Part shown: positions 8,832-19,161 of the stretch, one piece after another
Layout: the number at the start of each line of letters is the position of its first letter
How positions within the stretch are numbered: the first letter of the stretch is position 1
Source: Leptospira sp.
GTDB taxonomy: Bacteria; Spirochaetota; Leptospiria; Leptospirales; Leptospiraceae
Length of the DNA stretch: 64,000 nucleotides
Reading direction: 5' to 3'
Assembly: GCA_034439575.1 (NCBI GenBank)
Contig: JAWXAQ010000033.1
Location: 64,001-128,000 of the forward strand
Translations under genes and position numbers: made by a program
The notes under the pieces: generated by a model
The model's input: the letters and a program-made list of their open reading frames with translations, nothing else
What the model was told of the DNA's origin: nothing
The model's database searches: none

Positions 8832-11102
8832 ATGATTTCCCTTCTTAAAAAATATTTTTCCTGGTTAAAAAAAAATGCACCTGAGAAGGATATTGAAGTA
8901 TATCCAATTGTTTCGGACTCATTTGAAACCAATATCCCTGGAATTTATATCATAGGTGATCTAACGGGCGTTCCTCTGTTGAAGTTTGCAGCGGAAAGTG
9001 GGAAAAAAGTTTGGAAGCATATTCCAGAAAGCAAAAATAATTTATATGATGCTATCATCATTGGTGCTGGGCCGAGTGGAGTATCGGCCGCAATCGAAGG
9101 AAATAAATTACACAAAAAGACTTTATTATTAGAATCAAATTCTACCTTCCAAACCATTGTTAGTTATCCAAAGGGAAAGCCAATTTATGCTGAACCAAAA
9201 AGTTTTCAAAACACAAGCGAACTTAAAATTCATGATGGCACAAAAGAGACATTACTCGCTAATTTAAAAGCACAATGTGCGAGAGAGAAAATAGAAATCA
9301 GAGAAAATAGTCGCGTCGTATCTATAGAAAGTTCGACGGGTAAAGATAGGTTTAAAGTCAAATTGGAGTCAGGTGAATCGTATGACACAAACAATGTGAT
9401 CATTGCAATTGGGAAATCGGGTGATCCACGGAGACTTAACATCAAAGGAGAAGATTTACCTCATGTTAGTTACAGATTGTTAGATCCGTCAGCTGCATCA
9501 GAAAAAAATGTTATCGTTGTGGGGGGTGGTGATTCTGCTCTCGAAGCTGCAATAGCAATGAGTGAATATTCTAAATCTGTAACTCTTGTTTATCGTGGAA
9601 GTCAATTCACAAGAGTAAAGGCAAAGAACATAGATTCGTTAAATCAGTTGGTATCATTGAAGAAAATAAAATTAATACTCAATGCAACTGTATCCGAAAT
9701 ATTACCGGAGTATGTGATTGTTCGTGATACTGAGACGGCTCGTAAGATTCCTTGTGATTATTTTTTAATACAAATTGGCTCTGAATTACCAATCCCATTT
9801 TTAAAAAAAATTGGAATAAAAATTCAAAATTCGAAAACGATGAGAGATTGGATCGGATTTGTATCTGTTTTATCTTTTGCATCTTCTGCCTATTTTGGAA
9901 AATCGGCTTTTTATGGTTTGGCTTGGTTTCATCTTGTCGCTTATAGTTCTATTTTTATATTCATAACAAGCGCTAGTTTATGGTTGAGTATCTTTTTTTA
10001 TCAAACGGGTTTCAAAAAACCAAAAACTTGGAATTTATTCAGAAATTTGTTTTTAAGTTCAATGAGTTTATATTTTCTATTTGTTTATTTAGGATCTGCT
10101 TATTTTGGTTATAACCTTTTTGGGAAATTTCCTTCTTTTCACTATACCTTTATATATTCATTGACGATTTTGTTTTTTGGAATCAGACGTATGATCGTTA
10201 AGCCGACTGATTACATTAAATTACAAACGATAACATTAATCCTTGTTCAATGGCTTTTTTTATTTCTTCTCCCAGAGATATTTTTTCCATATTTAGGAAA
10301 AAATGGATTTTTAGGAGATCAAAATGGATTTATACTCACTCAAATATTTCCGAATGAATCCTATTGGAAAGCTTATGGATTTATTTTACTTTGGCCACTA
10401 AGTATAGGGGTATTGTATGATGGATCTATTACCACATTTTGGATGTTATATGGTTTATCGACAACATTCATAATATTACCGATATTAGTTTATCAGTATG
10501 GAAAAGGAGCATACTGTGGATGGATTTGTTCTTGTGGTGGACTTGCGGAAACGTTAGGTGATGAACATCGCCACAAAATGCCACATTCTAAAAAGGCTTA
10601 TTTATGGGAGCATAGTGGACAAGTTATACTGTTGTTTGCATTTATTTTAACATTTCTGAAGTTGCTTGGTGTTTTTGGACATCCAAATTTACCTATATTT
10701 GGTATTTTTGAAATGGCTGCTGACTCGGTTAAATGGTTATATGATTTGATTGTAGATATTTTACTCGCAGGTGTCATCGGTGTAGGAAGCTATTTTTTCC
10801 TGTCGGGAAGGATTTGGTGCCGAATGTTTTGTCCTTTGGCAAGTTTGATGCATATTTATGCTAGGTTTTCAAAATTTAGAATCTTTTCAGATAAAAAGAA
10901 ATGTATTTCGTGCAATATTTGTTCACAGAATTGTCACCAAGGGATTGATGTCATGTCTTATGCAAATCTAGGGCGAGCAATGGATAGTGTCCAGTGTGTT
11001 AGATGTTCGGCTTGTGTATCAATGTGTCCTACAAATGTACTTTCCTTTGGTAAACTTGAGAATGGCCATGAGATAAAAGATAAATTAAATGCACATTTAT
11101 GA
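8832..11102 (+). CDS. FAD/NAD(P)-dependent oxidoreductase (TrxB-like) fused to a multi-TM 4Fe-4S polyferredoxin domain
   Basis: GAGPSG and GGGDSALE Rossmann motifs; TM helices with YCGWICSCG and WCRMFCP; C-terminal CISCNICSQNC and CVRCSACVSMCP ferredoxin motifs. Confidence 0.85.
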   Translation: MISLLKKYFSWLKKNAPEKDIEVYPIVSDSFETNIPGIYIIGDLTGVPLLKFAAESGKKVWKHIPESKNNLYDAIIIGAGPSGVSAAIEGNKLHKKTLLLESNSTFQTIVSYPKGKPIYAEPKSFQNTSELKIHDGTKETLLANLKAQCAREKIEIRENSRVVSIESSTGKDRFKVKLESGESYDTNNVIIAIGKSGDPRRLNIKGEDLPHVSYRLLDPSAASEKNVIVVGGGDSALEAAIAMSEYSKSVTLVYRGSQFTRVKAKNIDSLNQLVSLKKIKLILNATVSEILPEYVIVRDTETARKIPCDYFLIQIGSELPIPFLKKIGIKIQNSKTMRDWIGFVSVLSFASSAYFGKSAFYGLAWFHLVAYSSIFIFITSASLWLSIFFYQTGFKKPKTWNLFRNLFLSSMSLYFLFVYLGSAYFGYNLFGKFPSFHYTFIYSLTILFFGIRRMIVKPTDYIKLQTITLILVQWLFLFLLPEIFFPYLGKNGFLGDQNGFILTQIFPNESYWKAYGFILLWPLSIGVLYDGSITTFWMLYGLSTTFIILPILVYQYGKGAYCGWICSCGGLAETLGDEHRHKMPHSKKAYLWEHSGQVILLFAFILTFLKLLGVFGHPNLPIFGIFEMAADSVKWLYDLIVDILLAGVIGVGSYFFLSGRIWCRMFCPLASLMHIYARFSKFRIFSDKKKCISCNICSQNCHQGIDVMSYANLGRAMDSVQCVRCSACVSMCPTNVLSFGKLENGHEIKDKLNAHL

Positions 11103-12295
11103 TATTGAGAGATGAAGCATTAAAAATATTTTTAGCAGGTTTAGACGTAGCAAACCCTTCACAATTATTGGCATCATACTTTTCTTTAAATCCCGATTTA
11201 TTTAATAAAATTGAAAGTTATAACAAACTAAATAATAAAATATTTGTTTTTTCGCTAGGGAAAGCAGCATTTTTTATGGCAAAGTCTTTTTTTGAGATTT
11301 TTCCAAATTCCGAAGGGTTTGTTTTTACTAAGGAAGATCACTTAGTAAAAGAAGATCCTTTTTACCATATCAAAAATTGGATATTTAGAGAAGGCACTCA
11401 TCCGATTGTATCTGAACTAAACGTACAAGTAACGCATGAAGTAATTCTATGGACAAAAAAATTGAAACCAGGCGATTTATTTGTCACCTTACTTTCCGGA
11501 GGCGGGTCTGCCTTATTTGAAATTCCTATCCTTGGTTTGTCCATAGAAGAATTAATAAAAATTCATTTAAAATTGTTAAATTCGTCTCTTTCAATAAATG
11601 AAATTAATGAAGAACGAAAAAAAATATCTTCCGTGAAAGGAGGGCAATTCCTTCAGTATCTCCCTGAGGATACCAGCCTTATGACTCTTGCTTTATCAGA
11701 CGTTATCGGTGATGATCCAAATACGATAGCTTCAGCGCCAACATATCCAGGCTCAGAGTATCATATCATTGGAAATCTAAAAAAGTCATTATTGGCATCA
11801 AGAGATAAGGCTATTCAATTAGGGTATCATACAATCGTGCTTAGCGACAAATGGAATCAGGATGCAAAAGAAACGGGCAAGATTTTATCTCAATGGTGCC
11901 TAGAAAATAAATGGGATATAACTTCCGTTAAAGAGGATAAAATCGCCATTATAATTGGAGGAGAAATGGTTACCAAGGTTCTTGGCAACGGAATCGGCGG
12001 TAGAAATCAAGAAGCAACTCTTTCTTTCGCGATATGGGCGCATAAACTTAAGTTAAAAAATGTTACCTTTCTTTCTGCTGGGACAGATGGCACTGACGGA
12101 CCTACAGATGTCGCAGGAGCCTGTGTTTCGGAAGAAACTTATTTGCAATTGGTGAAAGCCGGCATCGATCCATTGAAAGAACTTGATATGTCTAACTCGT
12201 TCTATGCGCTAAATAAAATTAGCGCACATATTAAAACAGGACCAACTGGTACAAATGTGAATGATATACTGATTCTATTAATTAGTGATCTATAA
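11099..12295 (+). CDS. Glycerate kinase type 2 (MOFRL family)
   Basis: LGKAA, LLSGGGSAL, SDVIGDD, GGE, GGRNQE, GTDGTDGPT and TGPTGTNVND motifs; ATGA overlap with the upstream gene. Confidence 0.9.
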   Translation: MILRDEALKIFLAGLDVANPSQLLASYFSLNPDLFNKIESYNKLNNKIFVFSLGKAAFFMAKSFFEIFPNSEGFVFTKEDHLVKEDPFYHIKNWIFREGTHPIVSELNVQVTHEVILWTKKLKPGDLFVTLLSGGGSALFEIPILGLSIEELIKIHLKLLNSSLSINEINEERKKISSVKGGQFLQYLPEDTSLMTLALSDVIGDDPNTIASAPTYPGSEYHIIGNLKKSLLASRDKAIQLGYHTIVLSDKWNQDAKETGKILSQWCLENKWDITSVKEDKIAIIIGGEMVTKVLGNGIGGRNQEATLSFAIWAHKLKLKNVTFLSAGTDGTDGPTDVAGACVSEETYLQLVKAGIDPLKELDMSNSFYALNKISAHIKTGPTGTNVNDILILLISDL

Positions 12296-13648
12296 TTTGA
12301 TTCCTGCTTTAGAGTTTTGTATTTTCCAATACAATTGAAATAGCGGGCTAAACCAATTAGAAGTCCCAATTTTTTTTGATTCTAATTCATTAATGATTTC
12401 AATTTGAAGCGAATAATGTGAATTTAAAGCTTCTTCCTGAAATTTATTTTTGTCCGACAGAGAATTTACCTTTGCTAATCTTTCTAAAATTTGTGTTTCT
12501 AATTTGATAAGTCTATCGCCAATTATTTTTTTAACTTCCACATAATTAAAATTTGCCCGACGGAGTATTTTTTCTTGGTTCCACCATAGAGATTCATTTT
12601 TCTTTGCTCCTGGTTTCAGTTTTTTATTTTCTTTGAAAGTTTCCGTATTAAAAAAGAAAGGTTTAAATACAGACAAACAAGGATTTGTTGTTCCTGTATA
12701 AAAAACTTGAAAGGAATTTTTGTTCTGAGCCTCTGTATTCCAAACAACAACTAAGGATCCAGTCGTAGAATTAGGTGTGATGGGTCCGGTTGCATGCACA
12801 CATATTGATTTCATATTTCCATTTTGAATTTTATAATTTGATTCATTACTATTTGTATGAGAGCGAATCACATTAAAAGCATCTTCAATACTATATTGTC
12901 CTTTTTCATTTTTAGCTTTTTCAGACCGTGAGGTATTGAGACTGCGCCTAACTTTACAAAAACTCATTGTTGTGTAAAAAGTATCTGAAAATAGCCTTTG
13001 AAATGAGAAAGTTTGGTTTGGATTTTTTTTATAGAAATCTTTTTTTAAATCTGTTACTGAGTCGGAACATATATCAAAATCATTCGTAATCGTCAGTCCG
13101 TTTGATATTGCATAATAGACATCTATTGCCTTTGCTACCCAATATTTATCTGCCGTTTCCAATACGTAAGCTTGGGTTTCATCAGCGATAATAAAACTAT
13201 TGTGATAAAAGAAATTTTGATTCTCATAACCACCGTTTGCATCTTGTCCATATAACTCCAGTAATTTTGTAATGGTCCCCAATGCTTCTTTCGCAGTTTT
13301 TGATCTCTCAAGTGCAAGACGGATCATATCCATCCCTGTTAGCCCATCATTTGCCTTTTTCTTTTTGATATTTGTAAATACAGCTTCATTGCCTATACAG
13401 ACACCGTATTCGTTAACACCCATTTCAGCACCCCACATTTGAAATGGTTTCGATAAGAAAATTTCGTAAGTTCTTTCTACTTGGGGTATTTCTATATATG
13501 TAGTTCTGAGAAGTGAATTTTTCGGGAAAGTTTGATTTGGAACATGCAAGATTTCTTGAGATTCGTTTGGTTCCCGATCAGAATTTTTAGCAAAAATTCT
13601 TAGATTGTTTCTAGTAAATTTTTCTGAGGCAAAAGAAGTATCACACAT
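12290..13648 (-). CDS. Peptidase C69 / secernin-like Ntn hydrolase
   Basis: N-terminal M-CDT nucleophile, AKNSDREPNE and WGAEMGVNEYGVCIGNEAV. Confidence 0.9.
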   Translation of the reverse strand: MCDTSFASEKFTRNNLRIFAKNSDREPNESQEILHVPNQTFPKNSLLRTTYIEIPQVERTYEIFLSKPFQMWGAEMGVNEYGVCIGNEAVFTNIKKKKANDGLTGMDMIRLALERSKTAKEALGTITKLLELYGQDANGGYENQNFFYHNSFIIADETQAYVLETADKYWVAKAIDVYYAISNGLTITNDFDICSDSVTDLKKDFYKKNPNQTFSFQRLFSDTFYTTMSFCKVRRSLNTSRSEKAKNEKGQYSIEDAFNVIRSHTNSNESNYKIQNGNMKSICVHATGPITPNSTTGSLVVVWNTEAQNKNSFQVFYTGTTNPCLSVFKPFFFNTETFKENKKLKPGAKKNESLWWNQEKILRRANFNYVEVKKIIGDRLIKLETQILERLAKVNSLSDKNKFQEEALNSHYSLQIEIINELESKKIGTSNWFSPLFQLYWKIQNSKAGIKL

Positions 13649-13744
13649 ACTTTCATATAATATTCTTTTCTTAAAAAGACAAGATGATTTCTTAATACTA
13701 ATTACTCAGAAAAAATTAGAATCTGATAAAAGTAAATTAATACA

Positions 13745-16285
13745 ATGAACCAAGATCAAATTGAATTGAATAAACCGATAGGCTTAGAATTGAAAGATGT
13801 TCTTTTGTTGCGAAAAAAATATGGATTTAATGAAATAAGTTCCAAAAAAGAAAAAAACATTTTCGAGAGATTGCTTTCTGTATTGGCAGAACCAATGATA
13901 TTTTTGCTATTATCGATTGGCGTTATTTATCTTTTATTAGGTGATACGGGTGAAGCGATACTATTGTCCTGCTCAGTAATCCTTATTATCATTATTACCA
14001 TGTATCAGGAAGGTAAAACGGAATCAGCGCTTTCTGCCTTGAAAACATTGGCAAGTCCGCGAACTAACGTATGGCGAGATGGAATTTTAAGGAAAGTTGA
14101 TGGACGAGAAATTTTACCAGGTGATGTCATTATAGTAAATGAAGGCGACCGTATTCCTGCAGATTCCATGATTGTATCGACTGATCATTTAAAAATGGAT
14201 GAATCGTTGTTAACTGGAGAGTCGGTAGCTGTGATCAAAAATATCGGCGATGAAATTTTTTGTGGTTCACTTGTCGTAGCAGGGCAAGCAACTTGTGAGG
14301 TAAAACTTATTGGAAACCAAACACAAATTGGAAAAATTGGTAAAACCATTTCGGAAGAACAAATTAACAAAACTTTACTGGAAAAAGAAGTAGCTAAAAT
14401 TGTAAGATTTATTTTTATTTTTGCCATTCTTTTATGTACAATCCTCGCAATTTACTTAGGTTTTAAAAAAGGAAATTGGTTAGGTGGAATTTTGTCAGGT
14501 CTCACTCTCGCCATTGGCATCTTACCAGAAGAATTACCACTTGTTCTTACTATCTTTTTTGCTTTTGGAGCTTATCGTTTGAGCAAAAAAAAAGTATTAA
14601 CTCGTAGAACATCGATTATAGAAACTTTGGGTGCTGCTACTGTTTTATGTACAGATAAAACGGGAACAATCACACAAAACAAAATGACGATAAAATGCCT
14701 GTATGCTAAGGAGGGCGAAATTTTTTATTTAACCAATGATATTGATAAAAAAATTCCAGCAGAATTTTCAAACATAGTAAAGTATGGGACTTTGGCTAGT
14801 AAGAGTAATGCGTTTGATCCTATTGACAAAGCATTTCTAGACTTAGGTAAAAAAGAAAATTTAGATTTTGAATCCAATGCTGTTCCTGATAAATTTGTGA
14901 AAGAATTTCCTATTTCAAGTGCAATGCTTGCTATGACTCAAGTTTGGAAACAGAATGGAGAGTATTTGGTCGCATCTAAGGGTGCACCAGAAGCGATTAT
15001 AAAAATATGCAAATTAGAACCTAATATTGAAAGAATTTATTTAGAAAAAGTGAAATTTTTGGCAAGTAAAGGCTACCGAATGTTAGCTGTTTGTCGTTCA
15101 AGCAAAAACTTGAATTTTATTCCTGATTCCTTAGATCAGATAGATTTTGAATGGGTTGGTCTTGTTGGATTAGAAGATCCGATCAGAGAGGAAGTTCCAT
15201 CTGCTATACAAAGGGCATATTCAGCTGGGATGAGAGTGATTATGATCACAGGAGATTATCCTGAGACTGCTAAAAACATCGCTAAACAAATTGGACTAAA
15301 AATATCTGATCATGTGATGACTGGACCTGAATTAAAAATACTGAATGACAATGATTATAAAGAATCAGTGAATCAATGTAATATTTTTTCTAGAGTGAGC
15401 CCAGAAGAAAAATGGAAGTTAGTTCGCCTTTTAAAAGAACAAGGTGAAATCGTCGCGATGACGGGTGATGGTGTGAACGATGCGCCAGCATTAAGAACTG
15501 CTCACATTGGTGTCGCAATGGGAGAACGCGGAACAGATGTGGCACGTGAAGCAGCTGATTTGGTATTGTTAGATGATAGTTTTTCATCTTTGTTAAATGG
15601 TGTAGAGGAAGGTAGGCACATTTATTCAAACTTAAAAAAAGCTCTTGGATATATAATCGCCGTGCATATACCGATAATTGGTTCAACATTTTTTCCTACT
15701 ATTTTTGATTTACCCTATGTAATATTATCAGCCGTACATATAGTTTTTTTAGAAATGATAATTGATCCGACCAGTACTTTGGTATTTGAGAAGGAACCAA
15801 TCGAAAGTGGATTGATGTCAAAACCACCAAGAAAAGTAAGCGAGTCCTTATTAGATAAAAAATTATTTATAATTTCTGTTTTGCAAGGTATCTCATCTTT
15901 AATCGCTGTTATTGGGACGTATGTTTACATTCAATTTTATGTTGAAAATGCAAGTTTAAATCCCAGGCTAGGCACCACATCTGCATTTGTAACACTTATT
16001 TTTACAAATTTACTTTTGATTTTAGTAAATCGTAATTGGGAATTAACCATAATTGAATCTTTAAAAATGAAAAATATGGCCTTACCTTTTGTTATCCTCG
16101 GGACATTTACCGTTTTATTTTCTGCTCTATTTATACCGAGTTTGCAAAAATTATTTCATTTTACTTCCCTATCATTAGGGGAAATTTCGATTTGTTTTTT
16201 GTTTTCTTTAGCTAGCATTGTTTGGTTTGAAATTGCAAAAATAATAATTAGATCAAAAGTTTCGTATATACAAACGAGTTCATAA
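13745..16285 (+). CDS. Cation-translocating P-type ATPase (P2-like)
   Basis: TGES, PEEL, DKTGT phosphorylation site, KGAPE, TGD and GDGVNDAPAL. Confidence 0.95.
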   Translation: MNQDQIELNKPIGLELKDVLLLRKKYGFNEISSKKEKNIFERLLSVLAEPMIFLLLSIGVIYLLLGDTGEAILLSCSVILIIIITMYQEGKTESALSALKTLASPRTNVWRDGILRKVDGREILPGDVIIVNEGDRIPADSMIVSTDHLKMDESLLTGESVAVIKNIGDEIFCGSLVVAGQATCEVKLIGNQTQIGKIGKTISEEQINKTLLEKEVAKIVRFIFIFAILLCTILAIYLGFKKGNWLGGILSGLTLAIGILPEELPLVLTIFFAFGAYRLSKKKVLTRRTSIIETLGAATVLCTDKTGTITQNKMTIKCLYAKEGEIFYLTNDIDKKIPAEFSNIVKYGTLASKSNAFDPIDKAFLDLGKKENLDFESNAVPDKFVKEFPISSAMLAMTQVWKQNGEYLVASKGAPEAIIKICKLEPNIERIYLEKVKFLASKGYRMLAVCRSSKNLNFIPDSLDQIDFEWVGLVGLEDPIREEVPSAIQRAYSAGMRVIMITGDYPETAKNIAKQIGLKISDHVMTGPELKILNDNDYKESVNQCNIFSRVSPEEKWKLVRLLKEQGEIVAMTGDGVNDAPALRTAHIGVAMGERGTDVAREAADLVLLDDSFSSLLNGVEEGRHIYSNLKKALGYIIAVHIPIIGSTFFPTIFDLPYVILSAVHIVFLEMIIDPTSTLVFEKEPIESGLMSKPPRKVSESLLDKKLFIISVLQGISSLIAVIGTYVYIQFYVENASLNPRLGTTSAFVTLIFTNLLLILVNRNWELTIIESLKMKNMALPFVILGTFTVLFSALFIPSLQKLFHFTSLSLGEISICFLFSLASIVWFEIAKIIIRSKVSYIQTSS

Positions 16286-16308
16286 TATCTAAATATTGAA
16301 AATAGATC

Positions 16309-17172
16309 ATGATCGAATTATTTTTTCCCCGTAAACATTCTGCTCTCTGTTTAAAATCGGCCTTCTTCGGATTCTTTGCACATACTGGTTTTGTTAGGGG
16401 ACTATCCGAGATTGGATTTAAACCTTCCATTATCACTGGCTCAAGTTCGGGTGCTATGATTGGTGCATTATATGCGGCAGGTATCGATTTGGCCGAAGTT
16501 GAAAATATGATTTTAGGTTTGAAAAAATCTGATTTTTGGGAAGGGAATTCTTTTACTCAAATAGGAAGATTACTCAAAAAAGGTTTTCAAGGATATAGTG
16601 GCGTGCTAACAGGGAAGGCCACTCGTAAATTATTATATCCTTATTTAGGCTCAAAAAAATTTTCTGACCTATCCATAAAATTGGGTGTGGCTGTTTCTAA
16701 CCTAACTAAAAATAAACGCGAATTAATAACCGAAGGTAATGTGTTAGACGCCGTTATGGCCTCCATTGCTTTTCCTTTTTTATATGAAGTCCAAAAATTT
16801 AATGGTAATGAATTTTTGGATGGGGGTATAGGTGATGGTGAACCGATTAAAGAATTAATTTTAGATCCAAGTATAGATAGAATCATCATTCATCAAATAA
16901 ATAACCACAGGCCTATTAGCAATAATATGATCAAAAGAGCCTTTGATGCTTCGGTTCAAATTATTGAGTCCGAATCTGAAGATCTAAAATCGTTACTTGC
17001 AAAGGAAAAAGGTAAAAAATTAATTCGATTGGAGACAAACACGCATTATCTTTCACCAAAAGATTTTTCAAAAGGAAAATTTGCTTTAGCTGAAGGGCGA
17101 GGAACTGCATATAAATACCAAGATGAGATATTGAATGAAAATCAAATGCCAATTTTTCCTTTTTCAATCTAG
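16309..17172 (+). CDS. Patatin-like phospholipase
   Basis: GSSSG nucleophile elbow, ASIAFP and DGG motifs. Confidence 0.88.
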   Translation: MIELFFPRKHSALCLKSAFFGFFAHTGFVRGLSEIGFKPSIITGSSSGAMIGALYAAGIDLAEVENMILGLKKSDFWEGNSFTQIGRLLKKGFQGYSGVLTGKATRKLLYPYLGSKKFSDLSIKLGVAVSNLTKNKRELITEGNVLDAVMASIAFPFLYEVQKFNGNEFLDGGIGDGEPIKELILDPSIDRIIIHQINNHRPISNNMIKRAFDASVQIIESESEDLKSLLAKEKGKKLIRLETNTHYLSPKDFSKGKFALAEGRGTAYKYQDEILNENQMPIFPFSI

Positions 17173-17201
17173 GTATTAATGATCTTAACTAAATTATAAA
17201 T

Positions 17202-19112
17202 ATGAATTCGAAGCGAAAAATTAAAATTATTTTTTTAGAAGCTCGGTTCGGTGAATTTAATCATATATTAGAACTTCTGCAAAATAATGGTTGGGATGTT
17301 TATTTTGAAAAAGTTCAGACAATTGAGTCGTTTAACGAAATTTATTCTCTTAATTCTTGGGATATAATCATATCAGACTTTGATATTTCTGGTAGCGATG
17401 GATTCGAAGTTGTTAAAAACATACGAAAACTAAATACTGATATCCCTATCTTAATTGTTTCAGAAAAAAAAGAACCAAGTATCGTTTCTATGTTATATAA
17501 TTTGGGTATTTCAGAATATTTGAATAAAGATAATCTTGAATATATTCATATTTTAGTCGAAAAAGAATTTGAAAATTATATAGCAAAGAGACAGCAAGTT
17601 CGAGCTTGGGATATGCTTGTACATAGCGAAGAAGTTTTGACTCGCTCTCAAAAATTGGCTAAAATCGGACATTTCGAAATCCTGTATCCTGAGAGAAGAA
17701 TTCTTTGGTCACTAGAAATGTATAAAATATTGGAGTATTCCTATTCCGAGAATCCAGAGGAAATAAAATTAATAGAACGTCTGCTTGGTGATGAGCGTGA
17801 AGAATTGGAGATATATTGGGAAAAATTGCAAAAGGAAGAAGGAAAATACGAGAGAGAAGTAAAATTACAAATCAATAATTCCGTAAAACATGTTCAATTA
17901 GTAATAGAAAGTGAATTGATAGACAAACAAAAAATAAGAATGTTTGGAACTTTGCACGATATATCAAATTATAATGATTTAGAATCGGCAAAGTTACATA
18001 ATGAACAATTGTTCAAAGGTATTTTTAATAATTCTTCTCAGGCCATTATACTTCTAGATTTGATGGGTAATATATTAAAATTAAACCAACAATCAGTAAA
18101 ACTTTTTCAAGTCGCAGAAAGAACTGTTCAAGGTGAAAATATTCTTAGATCGATACTCGCTGGATCATCAGATATAGATAAATTAAAGTTAAACGAAGCC
18201 ATTCAGAAAGCTAAGTCAAAAGAATCAAGTGGGCTTTTACTTTCTTACTTTATAGAGAATCAAAGAGAAGTATTTTTAGATTGTGATATATCAACCGTAA
18301 ATGATGAACAAGGCACGATCATGTATCTTGTTTTTGAGGCAAAGGATATTACCGAAAAAATTGAGTTGGAAAGATTGTATGCACAAGCACAGAAAATGGA
18401 GTCACTAGGAACATTTGCTGGAAGTATTGCACATGATTTTAATAATTTATTAACACCTATTTTTAATTATGTGAGCATTTTAAGTAATGAAATACAAATG
18501 AATAAGAATAGGATTGATTCTAATTTATTTGAAAACTCTTTTTCTAAAATCCAGAAGCTATTAAATAGAGCGAAATTGTTAGTCGGACAAATTTTGGATT
18601 TTGGGAAAAAAGATATTCTCGATTTAGAAGAGATAGATCTAAGTTCTTCGATCCAACAATTTATTTCTGAAATCAAACTTGATCAAAAGATTCAGATAAA
18701 TTTTAAAATTTTGGAAGAGAAAGCAATAGTTCTAGCTCATCCGATCTATATGTATCAAATTCTTTCAAACATATACAATAATGCATGTTATGCTGTTGGT
18801 CAATCAGACCAGCCTAAAATCAATTTTCTACTTAAACGTCTGAATGTTGATGATGCAGACTTTCATCATCACCCATTACTTATCGATCATGCTTATTATA
18901 ATTTGATTATCTCGGATAATGGGTGTGGAATTCCGCAAGAAAATTTAATAAAAATATTCGATCCATTTTTTTCTACGAAAGGTAAAGATGGCACTGGTCT
19001 TGGACTTCCCATTATATATGGCATCATGAGAAAACTAGGCGGGTTGATAACGATTAAGAGTGAAATGGGAATCGGGACCAGTGTTCATTGTTACTTTCGA
19101 ATTTTAAGATAA
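17202..19112 (+). CDS. Cytoplasmic hybrid kinase (REC-PAS-PAS-HisKA-HATPase)
   Basis: N-terminal receiver (DIIISD), PAS-like segments, IAHDFNNLL H-box, DNGCGI, FDPFFSTK and GTGLGL. Confidence 0.9.
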   Translation: MNSKRKIKIIFLEARFGEFNHILELLQNNGWDVYFEKVQTIESFNEIYSLNSWDIIISDFDISGSDGFEVVKNIRKLNTDIPILIVSEKKEPSIVSMLYNLGISEYLNKDNLEYIHILVEKEFENYIAKRQQVRAWDMLVHSEEVLTRSQKLAKIGHFEILYPERRILWSLEMYKILEYSYSENPEEIKLIERLLGDEREELEIYWEKLQKEEGKYEREVKLQINNSVKHVQLVIESELIDKQKIRMFGTLHDISNYNDLESAKLHNEQLFKGIFNNSSQAIILLDLMGNILKLNQQSVKLFQVAERTVQGENILRSILAGSSDIDKLKLNEAIQKAKSKESSGLLLSYFIENQREVFLDCDISTVNDEQGTIMYLVFEAKDITEKIELERLYAQAQKMESLGTFAGSIAHDFNNLLTPIFNYVSILSNEIQMNKNRIDSNLFENSFSKIQKLLNRAKLLVGQILDFGKKDILDLEEIDLSSSIQQFISEIKLDQKIQINFKILEEKAIVLAHPIYMYQILSNIYNNACYAVGQSDQPKINFLLKRLNVDDADFHHHPLLIDHAYYNLIISDNGCGIPQENLIKIFDPFFSTKGKDGTGLGLPIIYGIMRKLGGLITIKSEMGIGTSVHCYFRILR

Positions 19113-19161
19113 TTGATTGCTTTTTATTTTTATTTATTAAAAAATCATCGAGATAGTTTCG

